DNA of 28,740 nt from a bacterium. Lineage in GTDB: Bacteria > J088 > JAWLBW01. Of this stretch, positions 9,108 to 16,338 are shown in pieces. The DNA lies in assembly GCA_041690355.1 (NCBI GenBank), contig JAWLHK010000010.1, forward strand, positions 124,001-152,740, in the 5' to 3' direction. Each line of letters opens with the position of its first letter. The stretch's first letter is position 1. The notes under the pieces are model-generated. The model saw nothing but the letters and a program-made list of their open reading frames with translations, was not told the origin of the DNA and did not search any database. The position numbers and the translations under genes were made by a program.

Positions 9108-10925
9108 GTGGAAAAAATCTGGCTGAAAAACTATCCGCCCGGCATGCCGGCGGATATCGATCCCGACCTCTTCGCGTCGCTTCCCGAGATGCTCAAGCGG
9201 CTCGCCGTGCAGTTCGCCGACCGGCCGGCCTGCCACAACCTGGGACGCACGATTACCTATGCCGAGCTGGACAAGCTGGCGAGCGACTTCGCCGCGTTTC
9301 TCCAGTCGCTTCCGGGCATGACGCAGGGCGAGCGTGTCGCCATCATGGCGCCGAATCTGCTGCAGTACCCGATCGCCCTGTTCGGCATCCTGCGCGCCGG
9401 GATGATCGTCGTCAACGTCAACCCGCAGTACACGGCGCGCGAACTCGAGCATCAATTGAAGGACTCCGGCGCCAGAGCGGTCGTCGTGGTCGAGAACTTT
9501 GCGCACGTGCTGCAGGAAGCGCTTCCGAACACACCCGTCGAGCACGTCGTCGTCACGCAGGCCGGCGATATGCTCAGCGCACCGAAGCGCTGGCTCGTGA
9601 ACCTGGTCGTCAAGCGGGTCAAGAAGATGGTGCCCGCATGGCACATCGGCCACGCGATTAAGTTCCGGAAAGCGCTCGCGCACGGGGCCGCGCGGTCGCT
9701 CAGGCCGGTCGCGGTGATGCGTGAAGACGTCGCGTTTCTTCAATACACCGGCGGCACGACGGGAGTTGCCAAGGGGGCCATGCTTACGCACCGCAACATC
9801 CTGGCCAACATCGAGCAATCGGGCGAGTGGATCGCGGCAAGAATGAACGAGGGCATGGAAATCGCCATCGCTCCCCTGCCGATGTACCACATCTTCTGTC
9901 TGACGTCGACGCTGTCGTTCATGCGGCGAGGCAGTCTGATCGTTCTCATTACGAACCCGCGCGATTTACCCGCGCTGGTCAAGGAACTCGGCCGGTGGCG
10001 ATTCAGTCTGATGACGGGGGTCAACACGCTCTTCAACGGACTTCTGCGCACGCCCGGTTTCGAGCAGCTCGACTTCTCGGCGCTCAAGGTGGTGGTGGGT
10101 GGCGGCGCAGCCGTGCAGAAACCGGTCGCAGAGCGCTGGCATCAGGTAACCGGCTGCCCCATCATGGAGGCCTACGGTTTGACCGAGGCTTCGCCCGGCG
10201 TGTGCTCCAATCCGCTCGGTACGCCGTGGAACGGCACCGTCGGAGTCCCGGTCCCCTCGACTGAGATTTCCGTCCGGGACGATGACTTCAACGAGCTGCC
10301 GGTGTGGACCGGCGAGGGAGACCTCGCGAAGCACACCGGCGAGCTCTGCGTTCGCGGCCCGCAGGTGATGCAGGGCTATTGGACCAATCCCGCAGAGAGC
10401 GCCAAGGTATTGCAGGACGGCTGGTTGAAGACCGGCGATGTCGGCTTCGTAGACCGCGAAGGCCGCGTCACGATTACCGATCGGAAGAAAGACGTCATCC
10501 TCGTTTCCGGATTCAACGTCTATCCGAATGAGATCGAGGCGGTCATCGCGGCGCACCCCGACGTGCTCGAATGCGGCGTCGTCGGTGTTCCGGACGAGAA
10601 ATCAGGCGAAGCCGTGAAGGTCGTGATCGTGAAGAAGAACCCCGAACTCACATCCGACGACATTCTTGCGTACGCCCAGACCCAGCTCACCGGCTACAAA
10701 GTGCCGCGCCATGTGGAGTTCCGCGAAGCGCTGCCGAAGACGCCCGTGGGCAAAGTGCTTCGGCGCGAGCTGCGCGGCGAGAAGCCGCCCGAACCGGAGG
10801 CGTGGTCCAGAGAGAGGGGAACACGGCGGGAAGACCGGCCCGGAATTTCGGGTGGCCCTTCGGAGCCCGGGCGCCGGGCGTCGTCGCAGTCCGCCGATCA
10901 GTCGGACAGGCACGATTCGGCGTAG
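9108..10925 (+). CDS. fadD: Long-chain-fatty-acid--CoA ligase (FadD-like)
   Basis: GTG start after GGAG giving MEKIWLKNYP; AMP-binding LQYTGGTTGVAKGAMLTH, YGLTE, GWLKTGD, LPKTPVGKVLRREL. Confidence 0.93.
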   Translation: MEKIWLKNYPPGMPADIDPDLFASLPEMLKRLAVQFADRPACHNLGRTITYAELDKLASDFAAFLQSLPGMTQGERVAIMAPNLLQYPIALFGILRAGMIVVNVNPQYTARELEHQLKDSGARAVVVVENFAHVLQEALPNTPVEHVVVTQAGDMLSAPKRWLVNLVVKRVKKMVPAWHIGHAIKFRKALAHGAARSLRPVAVMREDVAFLQYTGGTTGVAKGAMLTHRNILANIEQSGEWIAARMNEGMEIAIAPLPMYHIFCLTSTLSFMRRGSLIVLITNPRDLPALVKELGRWRFSLMTGVNTLFNGLLRTPGFEQLDFSALKVVVGGGAAVQKPVAERWHQVTGCPIMEAYGLTEASPGVCSNPLGTPWNGTVGVPVPSTEISVRDDDFNELPVWTGEGDLAKHTGELCVRGPQVMQGYWTNPAESAKVLQDGWLKTGDVGFVDREGRVTITDRKKDVILVSGFNVYPNEIEAVIAAHPDVLECGVVGVPDEKSGEAVKVVIVKKNPELTSDDILAYAQTQLTGYKVPRHVEFREALPKTPVGKVLRRELRGEKPPEPEAWSRERGTRREDRPGISGGPSEPGRRASSQSADQSDRHDSA

Positions 10926-10930
10926 CAGGA

Positions 10931-10964
10931 CCTCCTCCGCCTTCGAAGGGGGATGACAAGTGGT
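10931..10964 (+). repeat. Degenerate copy of palindromic repeat family A
   Basis: CCTCCGCCTTCGAAGGGGGATGACAAGTGG resembles CCCCCTTCGGGGGACGACAGGGG. Confidence 0.45.
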
Positions 10965-11002
10965 AGCATCCCGAGCCGTCAGCGGGTGTTTCGCCGACTG
11001 TG

Positions 11003-11011
11003 TGGTAAACT
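11003..11011 (+). promoter_or_regulatory. Extended -10 box, probable leaderless promoter
   Basis: TGgTAAACT ending 7 nt before ATG 11019; no SD. Confidence 0.55.
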
Positions 11012-11018
11012 GCTCCCC

Positions 11019-11462
11019 ATGCACACCTTCGTCGCCGAAACCGATATCCCCGCCGACCTCGAGACCGGGTGGCGCGTGTTGACCGACTTCGCACGCTATC
11101 CGGAGTGGAATCCGCTCCTGCGGCGTGTGGGCGGCGAGGCGAAGGTCGGCGCCTCCCTGCGGCTGCAGGTGGCCCGGACCCTTGGTTCCGACAAGACCGT
11201 CTTCCTGCCGGCCAGGGTCCGCGTGAGCGAACCGGGGCGCGAGCTCGCCTGGGGCGGAGGCGTCCCCGGGCTGCTCGACGTGCACCACTTCTTCCGCTTC
11301 ACGCCGCTCGCCAAGGGCTTCCGCTTCACGCACGGGGAGACCTTTCGCGGGCCGCTGCTCACGCTGATCTGGCCGCTCGTGCGCACCCGCGTGCGCCAGG
11401 AAAATTACGACGCCGTCAACGAGGCGTTCCGCGCGCGGTGCGGCGCGGCCGAGCGCGCGTAG
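11019..11462 (+). CDS. SRPBCC (START/polyketide cyclase) domain protein
   Basis: ETDIPA...WRVLTDFARYPEWNP, EPGRELAWGG, HFFRF...FTHGETFRG. Confidence 0.88.
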   Translation: MHTFVAETDIPADLETGWRVLTDFARYPEWNPLLRRVGGEAKVGASLRLQVARTLGSDKTVFLPARVRVSEPGRELAWGGGVPGLLDVHHFFRFTPLAKGFRFTHGETFRGPLLTLIWPLVRTRVRQENYDAVNEAFRARCGAAERA

Positions 11463-11489
11463 GCCGGCAAGCGGGCGGGCCGAGGGACC

Positions 11490-11532
11490 CGACCCCCCTG
11501 TCGTCCCCCGAAGGGGGACCCTTTGTGGTATC
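11490..11532 (-). repeat. Palindromic repeat family A
   Basis: Reverse complement of 11490-11521 matches 25776-25807 at 31/32 nt; both are preceded by GATACC-N5. Confidence 0.9.
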
Positions 11533-11579
11533 CACGGACCGTACGCGCAGGTAGCTTTCCAGGCTTGCACCGTGTATCT

Positions 11580-11741
11580 CAACAGAAGCCGTCGCCGCCA
11601 CGCTGTCGCGATCACTCGTTGAGCGGCGAATGGAGCGGCCATCGGGACTGCCACATCGAGCCCGACTGCATCTACAGGGTGCTTCCCGAGCTGCAGGAGA
11701 TCCGCTTCGAGCGCACCGGCTCACACGCGGATCTGTTCTGA
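11580..11741 (+). pseudogene. yafQ: Remnant of a YafQ-family (RelE superfamily) toxin
   Basis: QQKPSPPRCRDHSLSGEWSGHRDCHIEPDCIYRVLPELQEIRFERTGSHADLF* aligns by eye to the YafQ C-terminal half (DH.L.G.W.G.RD.H.EPDW.LIY...RFERTG.H..LF); the N-terminus is missing and 2 residues are deleted at PDW.LIY. Confidence 0.85.
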
Positions 11742-11769
11742 GCCTGTTGGGTTAAGGGCCCCGCCCCCC

Positions 11770-12528
11770 TCACGGCCCCCGCCCGGCCAGCGTGCGGGCG
11801 AGGGTGACGGCGTCGACGGCTGCGGCGCCGGCGTCGCGCAGGGCCTGGGCGCACGCGGCGAGGGTCATGCCGGTCGTCATCACGTCGTCGACGAGAAGAA
11901 TGGTCCTGCCCTGCACGCGCTCGGGGCGGGGAACCACGAAGGCGTCCGCCAGATTCCGCAGGCGCTCCGTGCGGTCGAGGCCGGCCTGCACGGCGGTCGC
12001 CCGGCCGCGCACCACCAGATCGGGACTCCACGGAATGCGGAACCGCCGGCCGAGCGGTCGCGCGAGCAGCAGCGCCTGATTGAATCCGCGCCAGCGCAGG
12101 CGATCCCGATGCAGCGGAATTCCGGTGACCCAGTCGTAGGCCAGCGGATCGACATACTCGGGGACCAGGTGGAGCAGGGTATCCGCCAGGGCCGTGGCCA
12201 GGGCATCGTCGCGGCCGTACTTCATCCGCGCCACGGCCTTCTGGACGAGGGGGCCATAGACCACGGCCGCCCGCGCGCGCCGCAGCGGAAGCGGCATCGC
12301 GAGGCAATCGGCGCACAGGGCATCCTCGTCTTCCCCGGGATCGCCGGAGAGCGCATCGCCGGCGTCCAGCGGAAGTCCGCAGGCGTCGCACCACGGCGGC
12401 TCGAGCCACTGCAGTGCCGCCTCGCACTCGGGGCACGCGCCGCGCTCGGCCTCGACCTCGTCTTTCCGGCAGAAGGGGCAGATGGGAGGGGCGAAGAAGG
12501 CGAACCACTCGCGGAGGGTCGACGGCAT
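11770..12528 (-). CDS. comF: ComF family protein (double zinc ribbon + PRTase domain)
   Basis: CPFC, CPEC, CDAC, CADC; IPLHRDRLRWRGFNQA; ILLVDDVMTTGMT PRPP loop; ATG 12528 preferred over the track start. Confidence 0.93.
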   Translation of the reverse strand: MPSTLREWFAFFAPPICPFCRKDEVEAERGACPECEAALQWLEPPWCDACGLPLDAGDALSGDPGEDEDALCADCLAMPLPLRRARAAVVYGPLVQKAVARMKYGRDDALATALADTLLHLVPEYVDPLAYDWVTGIPLHRDRLRWRGFNQALLLARPLGRRFRIPWSPDLVVRGRATAVQAGLDRTERLRNLADAFVVPRPERVQGRTILLVDDVMTTGMTLAACAQALRDAGAAAVDAVTLARTLAGRGP

Positions 12529-12531
12529 CGG

Positions 12532-12547
12532 TCCGTTGTATAACGGA
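12532..12547. promoter_or_regulatory. Palindrome immediately upstream of comF
   Basis: TCCGTT-gtat-AACGGA, 3 nt from the ATG. Confidence 0.45.
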
Positions 12548-12573
12548 TCGGCGGAGGGAGGCAAGGAAAAAGC

Positions 12574-12640
12574 GGAGGGGGAGAGTGGGGGAGTGGGGGA
12601 GGGGGGGCGGAAACAAGGGCAAGGCAAGGGCAAGACCAGG
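12574..12640 (+). repeat. G-rich octamer array followed by CAAGG(G) repeats
   Basis: GGAGGGGGAGAGTGGGGGAGTGGGGGAGGGGGGGCGG then CAAGGG CAAGG CAAGGG CAAGAC CAGG. Confidence 0.7.
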
Positions 12641-12994
12641 AGCCATGAAATCCAAACGGCGCAACCTCGGTCTTCGCGCCGGAGGCCCACGTGTTTCGTG
12701 GACGCACCGTCCCTCCGAGCAGTCGCGAAGGGGCTGTCGAGGTGCACATGGGCACTTATCGCCAGGCTTCAGCCCCTGATCTTCAAAGCGGCCGCGTGGT
12801 CGCCGCATGCCATGACGACCGTGGGGGCACCTGCGGCGCCGGGGGGATCACCTGGGGGCGATCTGAACCCGCAGGTTTCCAGTCCGCACTTCTTCAAAGC
12901 GAGTACGAGCGTCACAGTCTGCTCCCCTGGGGGAGCCCTGGCGCCGTGAGTTCACGGGGTGGGGGCCGCGAATGCGAGCCCTTGCTTCACCGGC

Positions 12995-13022
12995 GTCCGA
13001 TGTCCGAAGTCCGACGTCCGCT
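12995..13022. repeat. Heptamer tandem array (GTCCGAN)x4
   Basis: GTCCGAT GTCCGAA GTCCGAC GTCCGCT, abutting the patatin stop. Confidence 0.8.
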
Positions 13023-14254
13023 CAGGCCCCCGCGACCAGCGGTTGCTGCACGCCGGGCTGCTGATCGAAGCTGAAGATGTACGGCTTCAACCGGTTGAGC
13101 GCGTGTTGATGGGCCATCATGACGGCGCGCTCGACGCCGCGGCGCGACAGATCGAAATGTTCCGCAAAGAAGAAGGCCGCTTCGTCTTCGGGATGGAGAA
13201 AGATGTAGTCCACGCCCGTGCGGTGGCGCAGCGCCAGCGTGAGCTCGTCAAGGAGCACCTTGCGCAGGCGGTCGTCGAGCTTGTGCTCGCGGAAGAAGCG
13301 ATCGACGATCTCGAAGACGATCTCGCGGTCGCGCCGGCTGCGCTGGTGCATGCGGATCTTCTGCTCGATGGCCAGATACAGCGCCTGCACGACAATGGCC
13401 GGAACGCCGTAGTTCACGAGCGAACCGTAGGCGTGATGATAGTGGTACGGCTGGTGGGTGTAGGAGGCGACGATCAGATCCGCCCCGACGTCCTTGGCCG
13501 TGCCGGTCGAAAGGGTGTCGCGGATCTCGCCGTCGAAATAGTAGCCCGGATAGGCCCCCTGCTCGATATGATACGGCCGGTACACGGGCGGGAGCGCCGT
13601 CGACGCCGCGACCGCATCGTGGATGGCCACGCGGTCTTCATAGACCACGCCGTCCCGCTCTTCGTGCCGCCGCGGGCCGAAGACCAGCTTGCGGCTGTGG
13701 TCGAGGGCCGTGCCGGTGATGTAGAGCTCCGACGCCAGCGCGTGGAAGTCGGTGGAGGGGAGCACCTCTTTGCGCAGGTAGTCGGCGATGCCGTGCGTCG
13801 TGAAGAGTCCGCCGCCGGGGAACAGGGCGTGCAGGTAGCTCTCGAGGCCGCCCTGGATCAGGTCTTTCTTGCGCAGGACGTCGCGCAGGTAGCGGATCGG
13901 GCGCGGGCGCACGGGGCGGAAAGTTTCATGCCAGGCGATACGCCGCAGCGAATCCCCGCTGCTGACGGAACCGATGAAGGAGTCGGCGATGGCGCTGAGC
14001 TCCACCCCCGAGGCGAGCATGGCCGTAAAGAAGGCTCCTGCACTCGAGCCGACGTACACGGTGAAGGTGCGATCGGCCGGGGGCTGGGGGTCGGCGCCGC
14101 TGCGCAGCCCGCCGAGAAACTCGAAGCCGCGTTCCTTGAGCGCCAGGCAGACCCCCATGTGGAAGCAGGCGGCCTTCACGGCCCCCCCGCTCGCCACGAA
14201 AGCGAGGCGTCGCTTGGGCGCGAGGCGGTGAGGGGATGACGCGGGAGTGCTCAT
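13022..14254 (-). CDS. Patatin-like phospholipase family protein
   Basis: Oxyanion SGGAVKA, nucleophile GSSAG, ASTALPPVY, catalytic DGE; start at ATG 14254 or TTG 14269. Confidence 0.9.
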   Translation of the reverse strand: MSTPASSPHRLAPKRRLAFVASGGAVKAACFHMGVCLALKERGFEFLGGLRSGADPQPPADRTFTVYVGSSAGAFFTAMLASGVELSAIADSFIGSVSSGDSLRRIAWHETFRPVRPRPIRYLRDVLRKKDLIQGGLESYLHALFPGGGLFTTHGIADYLRKEVLPSTDFHALASELYITGTALDHSRKLVFGPRRHEERDGVVYEDRVAIHDAVAASTALPPVYRPYHIEQGAYPGYYFDGEIRDTLSTGTAKDVGADLIVASYTHQPYHYHHAYGSLVNYGVPAIVVQALYLAIEQKIRMHQRSRRDREIVFEIVDRFFREHKLDDRLRKVLLDELTLALRHRTGVDYIFLHPEDEAAFFFAEHFDLSRRGVERAVMMAHQHALNRLKPYIFSFDQQPGVQQPLVAGA

Positions 14255-14333
14255 GATGCGCTGTGTCAAGTGTAGCAGAATCGCCCCCAGGGGGACAATC
14301 GCGGACAGGCGACCCAGCGAGCGCTCGGGGGGA

Positions 14334-14361
14334 ATTGACGATTGACGATTTACAATTGACG
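14334..14361. repeat. Heptamer tandem array (ATTGACG)x4, copy 1
   Basis: ATTGACG ATTGACG ATTTACA ATTGACG. Confidence 0.85.
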
Positions 14362-14396
14362 AATTCCAACAAGGACCTTGAAGACCCAGCCACTTC

Positions 14397-14460
14397 CCCG
14401 CCCTGAGCTGACGGCGCGGAATCGAATGGAGCGCTTATACCTCCCGCCCTGAGCTGACGG
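14397..14460. repeat. 18-bp direct repeat CCCGCCCTGAGCTGACGG x2
   Basis: Identical copies at 14397-14414 and 14443-14460. Confidence 0.85.
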
Positions 14461-14507
14461 GGCCGCCCAGCGGAAGGCCCGACAGCGTGAGGGCGTCCGT
14501 TGGACCG

Positions 14508-14535
14508 ATTGACGAATTACGATTGATGATTGACG
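14508..14535. repeat. Heptamer tandem array (ATTGACG)x4, copy 2
   Basis: ATTGACG AATTACG ATTGATG ATTGACG. Confidence 0.85.
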
Positions 14536-14580
14536 ATTTCCCCGAAAGTACCTTGTGCTGAAGGGTACTTGCTTCGTCGG

Positions 14581-14608
14581 CGCTTGGCGCTTAGCGCTCG
14601 GCGCTTCG
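14581..14608. repeat. Heptamer tandem array (CGCTTGG)x4
   Basis: CGCTTGG CGCTTAG CGCTCGG CGCTTCG. Confidence 0.8.
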
Positions 14609-14691
14609 CCCGGGTCGACTCAAGACTCATTACTGAAGACGGATGACTGCCGCCTTCCGTCTGAGTATACTGTCCGCAAAGGAGCCCCCCA

Positions 14692-15459
14692 ATGCAGACC
14701 TTGTGGAACCGGTACGCCGCGGCCATGACCCGCGTGCACAAAGCGCTCAGCGAAGACTTTCTGGGCGGTCCCAAAATCGTCAAGCTCGCCTGGGTGGTCA
14801 ACTTCCAGAAGGGGCTGACGTTTCTCTGGGTGCTCGGGCTGATGTACGCGTTCGACAATTTCTCACCCGTCGCCTGGGTCTACCTCGGGCTGCACGGCAC
14901 CTACGGCATGGTGTGGCTGCTGAAGGACCGCGTGCTGCCCGATCCCAACTGGGAGCGGCGGGTGACCATCGGCAGCGGCCTGAACGCCTTTCTACTCGTG
15001 CTCGGACCCTACTGGTCATTCTCCTTCCTCCTGATTTCGGGGATCCTTCCCCTGCCCCCCGTGAGCAACGCCCTCCTGTGCGCGGCCATCGTCCTGCACA
15101 CGCTCGGGGTGGTCATCATGATGACGGCCGACGCGCAAAAGTACTTCACGCTCCAAGTGAAGCGCGGCCTGATCACGACGGGTATGTTCAAGTGGGTGCG
15201 CCACCCCAACTACCTCGGCGAGATGATGCTCTACGGCGCGTACGCCCTGCTGGTGCAGCACTGGATCCCCTGGGCCATTCTCGCCTGGGTGTGGCTCGGC
15301 GTGTTCCTCGTCAACATGCTGAACAAGGAGGCCTCGATGTCCCGATACCCCGAGTGGGCCGCCTACAAGGCGCGCACGGGCATGCTGCTTCCGCCGATCG
15401 TGAAGATGCTCACGGGCGCCGTGCGGTCGCAGGAGAGTTCCGCAGTTCGCAACACGTAG
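14692..15459 (+). CDS. Membrane protein of the DUF1295 / steroid 5-alpha-reductase C-terminal / ICMT-like family
   Basis: TATACT and AAGGAG upstream; multi-TM; ADAQKYF, GLITTGMFKWVRHPNYLGEMMLY, YKARTGMLLP. Confidence 0.85.
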   Translation: MQTLWNRYAAAMTRVHKALSEDFLGGPKIVKLAWVVNFQKGLTFLWVLGLMYAFDNFSPVAWVYLGLHGTYGMVWLLKDRVLPDPNWERRVTIGSGLNAFLLVLGPYWSFSFLLISGILPLPPVSNALLCAAIVLHTLGVVIMMTADAQKYFTLQVKRGLITTGMFKWVRHPNYLGEMMLYGAYALLVQHWIPWAILAWVWLGVFLVNMLNKEASMSRYPEWAAYKARTGMLLPPIVKMLTGAVRSQESSAVRNT

Positions 15460-15463
15460 CCGT

Positions 15464-15494
15464 TCGTCGCTGGACGCTGGTCGCTGGGCGCTGG
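15464..15494. repeat. Heptamer tandem array (TGGNCGC)x4
   Basis: TCGTCGC TGGACGC TGGTCGC TGGGCGC TGG. Confidence 0.75.
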
Positions 15495-15533
15495 CGAAGC
15501 AAGAACAAAGCGAATTCCGCGCACCGGAGTTTT

Positions 15534-15590
15534 GGGTCCCCTTCCAAGGGGGACGGCAGGGGGTACTCCGGGACGGCAGGGGGTGCTCCG
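15534..15590 (+). repeat. Palindromic repeat family A variant with a 20-bp tandem duplication
   Basis: GGGTCCCCTTCCAAGGGGGACGGCAGGGGGT; GGACGGCAGGGGGTRCTCCG at 15551-15570 and 15571-15590. Confidence 0.75.
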
Positions 15591-15609
15591 AGCCGCCTTC
15601 TCCGGAACC

Positions 15610-16062
15610 TCAGTCCTTCGCTCTTTCGGGATGGGGAGCCGGGTACCTGGCCGACGTCTCCTGAATCACGAACTCCGATTCCGGCCCCACGGCACGCAGA
15701 AGCTCATCAAGCTTTTCGAGAGAGGGAACGGCCCGTCCCTGCTCATAGCGGGCATAGGCGTTGCGCGACCGGGCGCCCATCCTTCTGGCGACTTCGGCCA
15801 AGGACAATCCGCTGCTTTCACGCCGCCGCTGGAGCAGCAGGCGAATGAGCGTCCGGGTATCCGGTGAACTGATCTCAAAACGATCCCGGCTCGTTTCGAT
15901 GACGGAAAGGTCGAAGCCCGGCTGATTGGCCATGCTGACGAACCAGTCCCGAATCATGGCGAGCGCTTCTTTGCGCGTGCGCCCTTGTGACATGGCCGCG
16001 AAGAGGGGAACCTCAGCCAGCCAGAATCTGCCTTCCCGGTACACGTTTCCGATGAATCGCAT
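15610..16062 (-). CDS. hicB: HicB-family antitoxin with C-terminal Xre-type HTH
   Basis: WLAEVP...SQGRTRKEALAMIRD HicB motif; RRESSGLSLAEVARRMG...YARYEQGRAVPSLEKL HTH; start overlaps the hicA stop. Confidence 0.88.
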   Translation of the reverse strand: MRFIGNVYREGRFWLAEVPLFAAMSQGRTRKEALAMIRDWFVSMANQPGFDLSVIETSRDRFEISSPDTRTLIRLLLQRRRESSGLSLAEVARRMGARSRNAYARYEQGRAVPSLEKLDELLRAVGPESEFVIQETSARYPAPHPERAKD

Positions 16063-16250
16063 CACGATTTCTCCTGCGCCTTGCCGCGCGCGCGTCGGAG
16101 GATGGCTTTCGCCAGGGACTCGCTGATTTCCTGATGACGGGGAACGGCCTCGGTCCGCTCGCCATTCGTCCACACATCATGGTTCCCCCCATGTCGAAGA
16201 AGCGACCACCCCAGCTCCCGCAACGCGCGTTCGAGGTCGCGCCTCTTCAT
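16062..16250 (-). CDS. hicA: HicA-family mRNA interferase toxin (62 aa)
   Basis: MKRRDLERALRELGWSLLRHGGNHDVWTNGERTEAVPRHQEISESLAKAILRRA: canonical HicA GG.H and VPRH.EI motifs. Confidence 0.93.
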   Translation of the reverse strand: MKRRDLERALRELGWSLLRHGGNHDVWTNGERTEAVPRHQEISESLAKAILRRARGKAQEKS

Positions 16251-16257
16251 GGCTACC

Positions 16258-16280
16258 ATTGTACACGGAAAGGTGTACAA
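16258..16280 (-). promoter_or_regulatory. hicAB -10 box overlapped by a palindromic operator
   Basis: TTGTACAC-ggaaag-GTGTACAA (16259-16280); minus-strand TACAAT at 16258-16263, 7 nt before the ATG. Confidence 0.7.
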
Positions 16281-16338
16281 GGTAAGGGGGTGAGCAATTT
16301 CTGCAGGTTGGACGCTCGGCGCTCGGCCCGGTTCGCCG

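Noticed and set aside
12748..13074. ORF starting MGTYRQ after GAGGTG, considered as a RAYT/TnpA fragment
   Set aside because: No HUH or catalytic Tyr motif seen; runs into the patatin gene; low-complexity translation.
14397..14460. Possible mini-CRISPR (two 18-bp repeats, 28-nt spacer)
   Set aside because: Only two short repeats and no cas genes in the window.
14436..14505. Possible integron attC site (hairpin ending in GTTGGAC, matching GTTRRRY)
   Set aside because: No complementary RYYYAAC on the left arm, no ORF ending there and no integrase.
13022..16250. Patatin near a TA module as a CBASS-like defence island
   Set aside because: No CD-NTase or other defence genes; the patatin looks like a stand-alone lipid enzyme.
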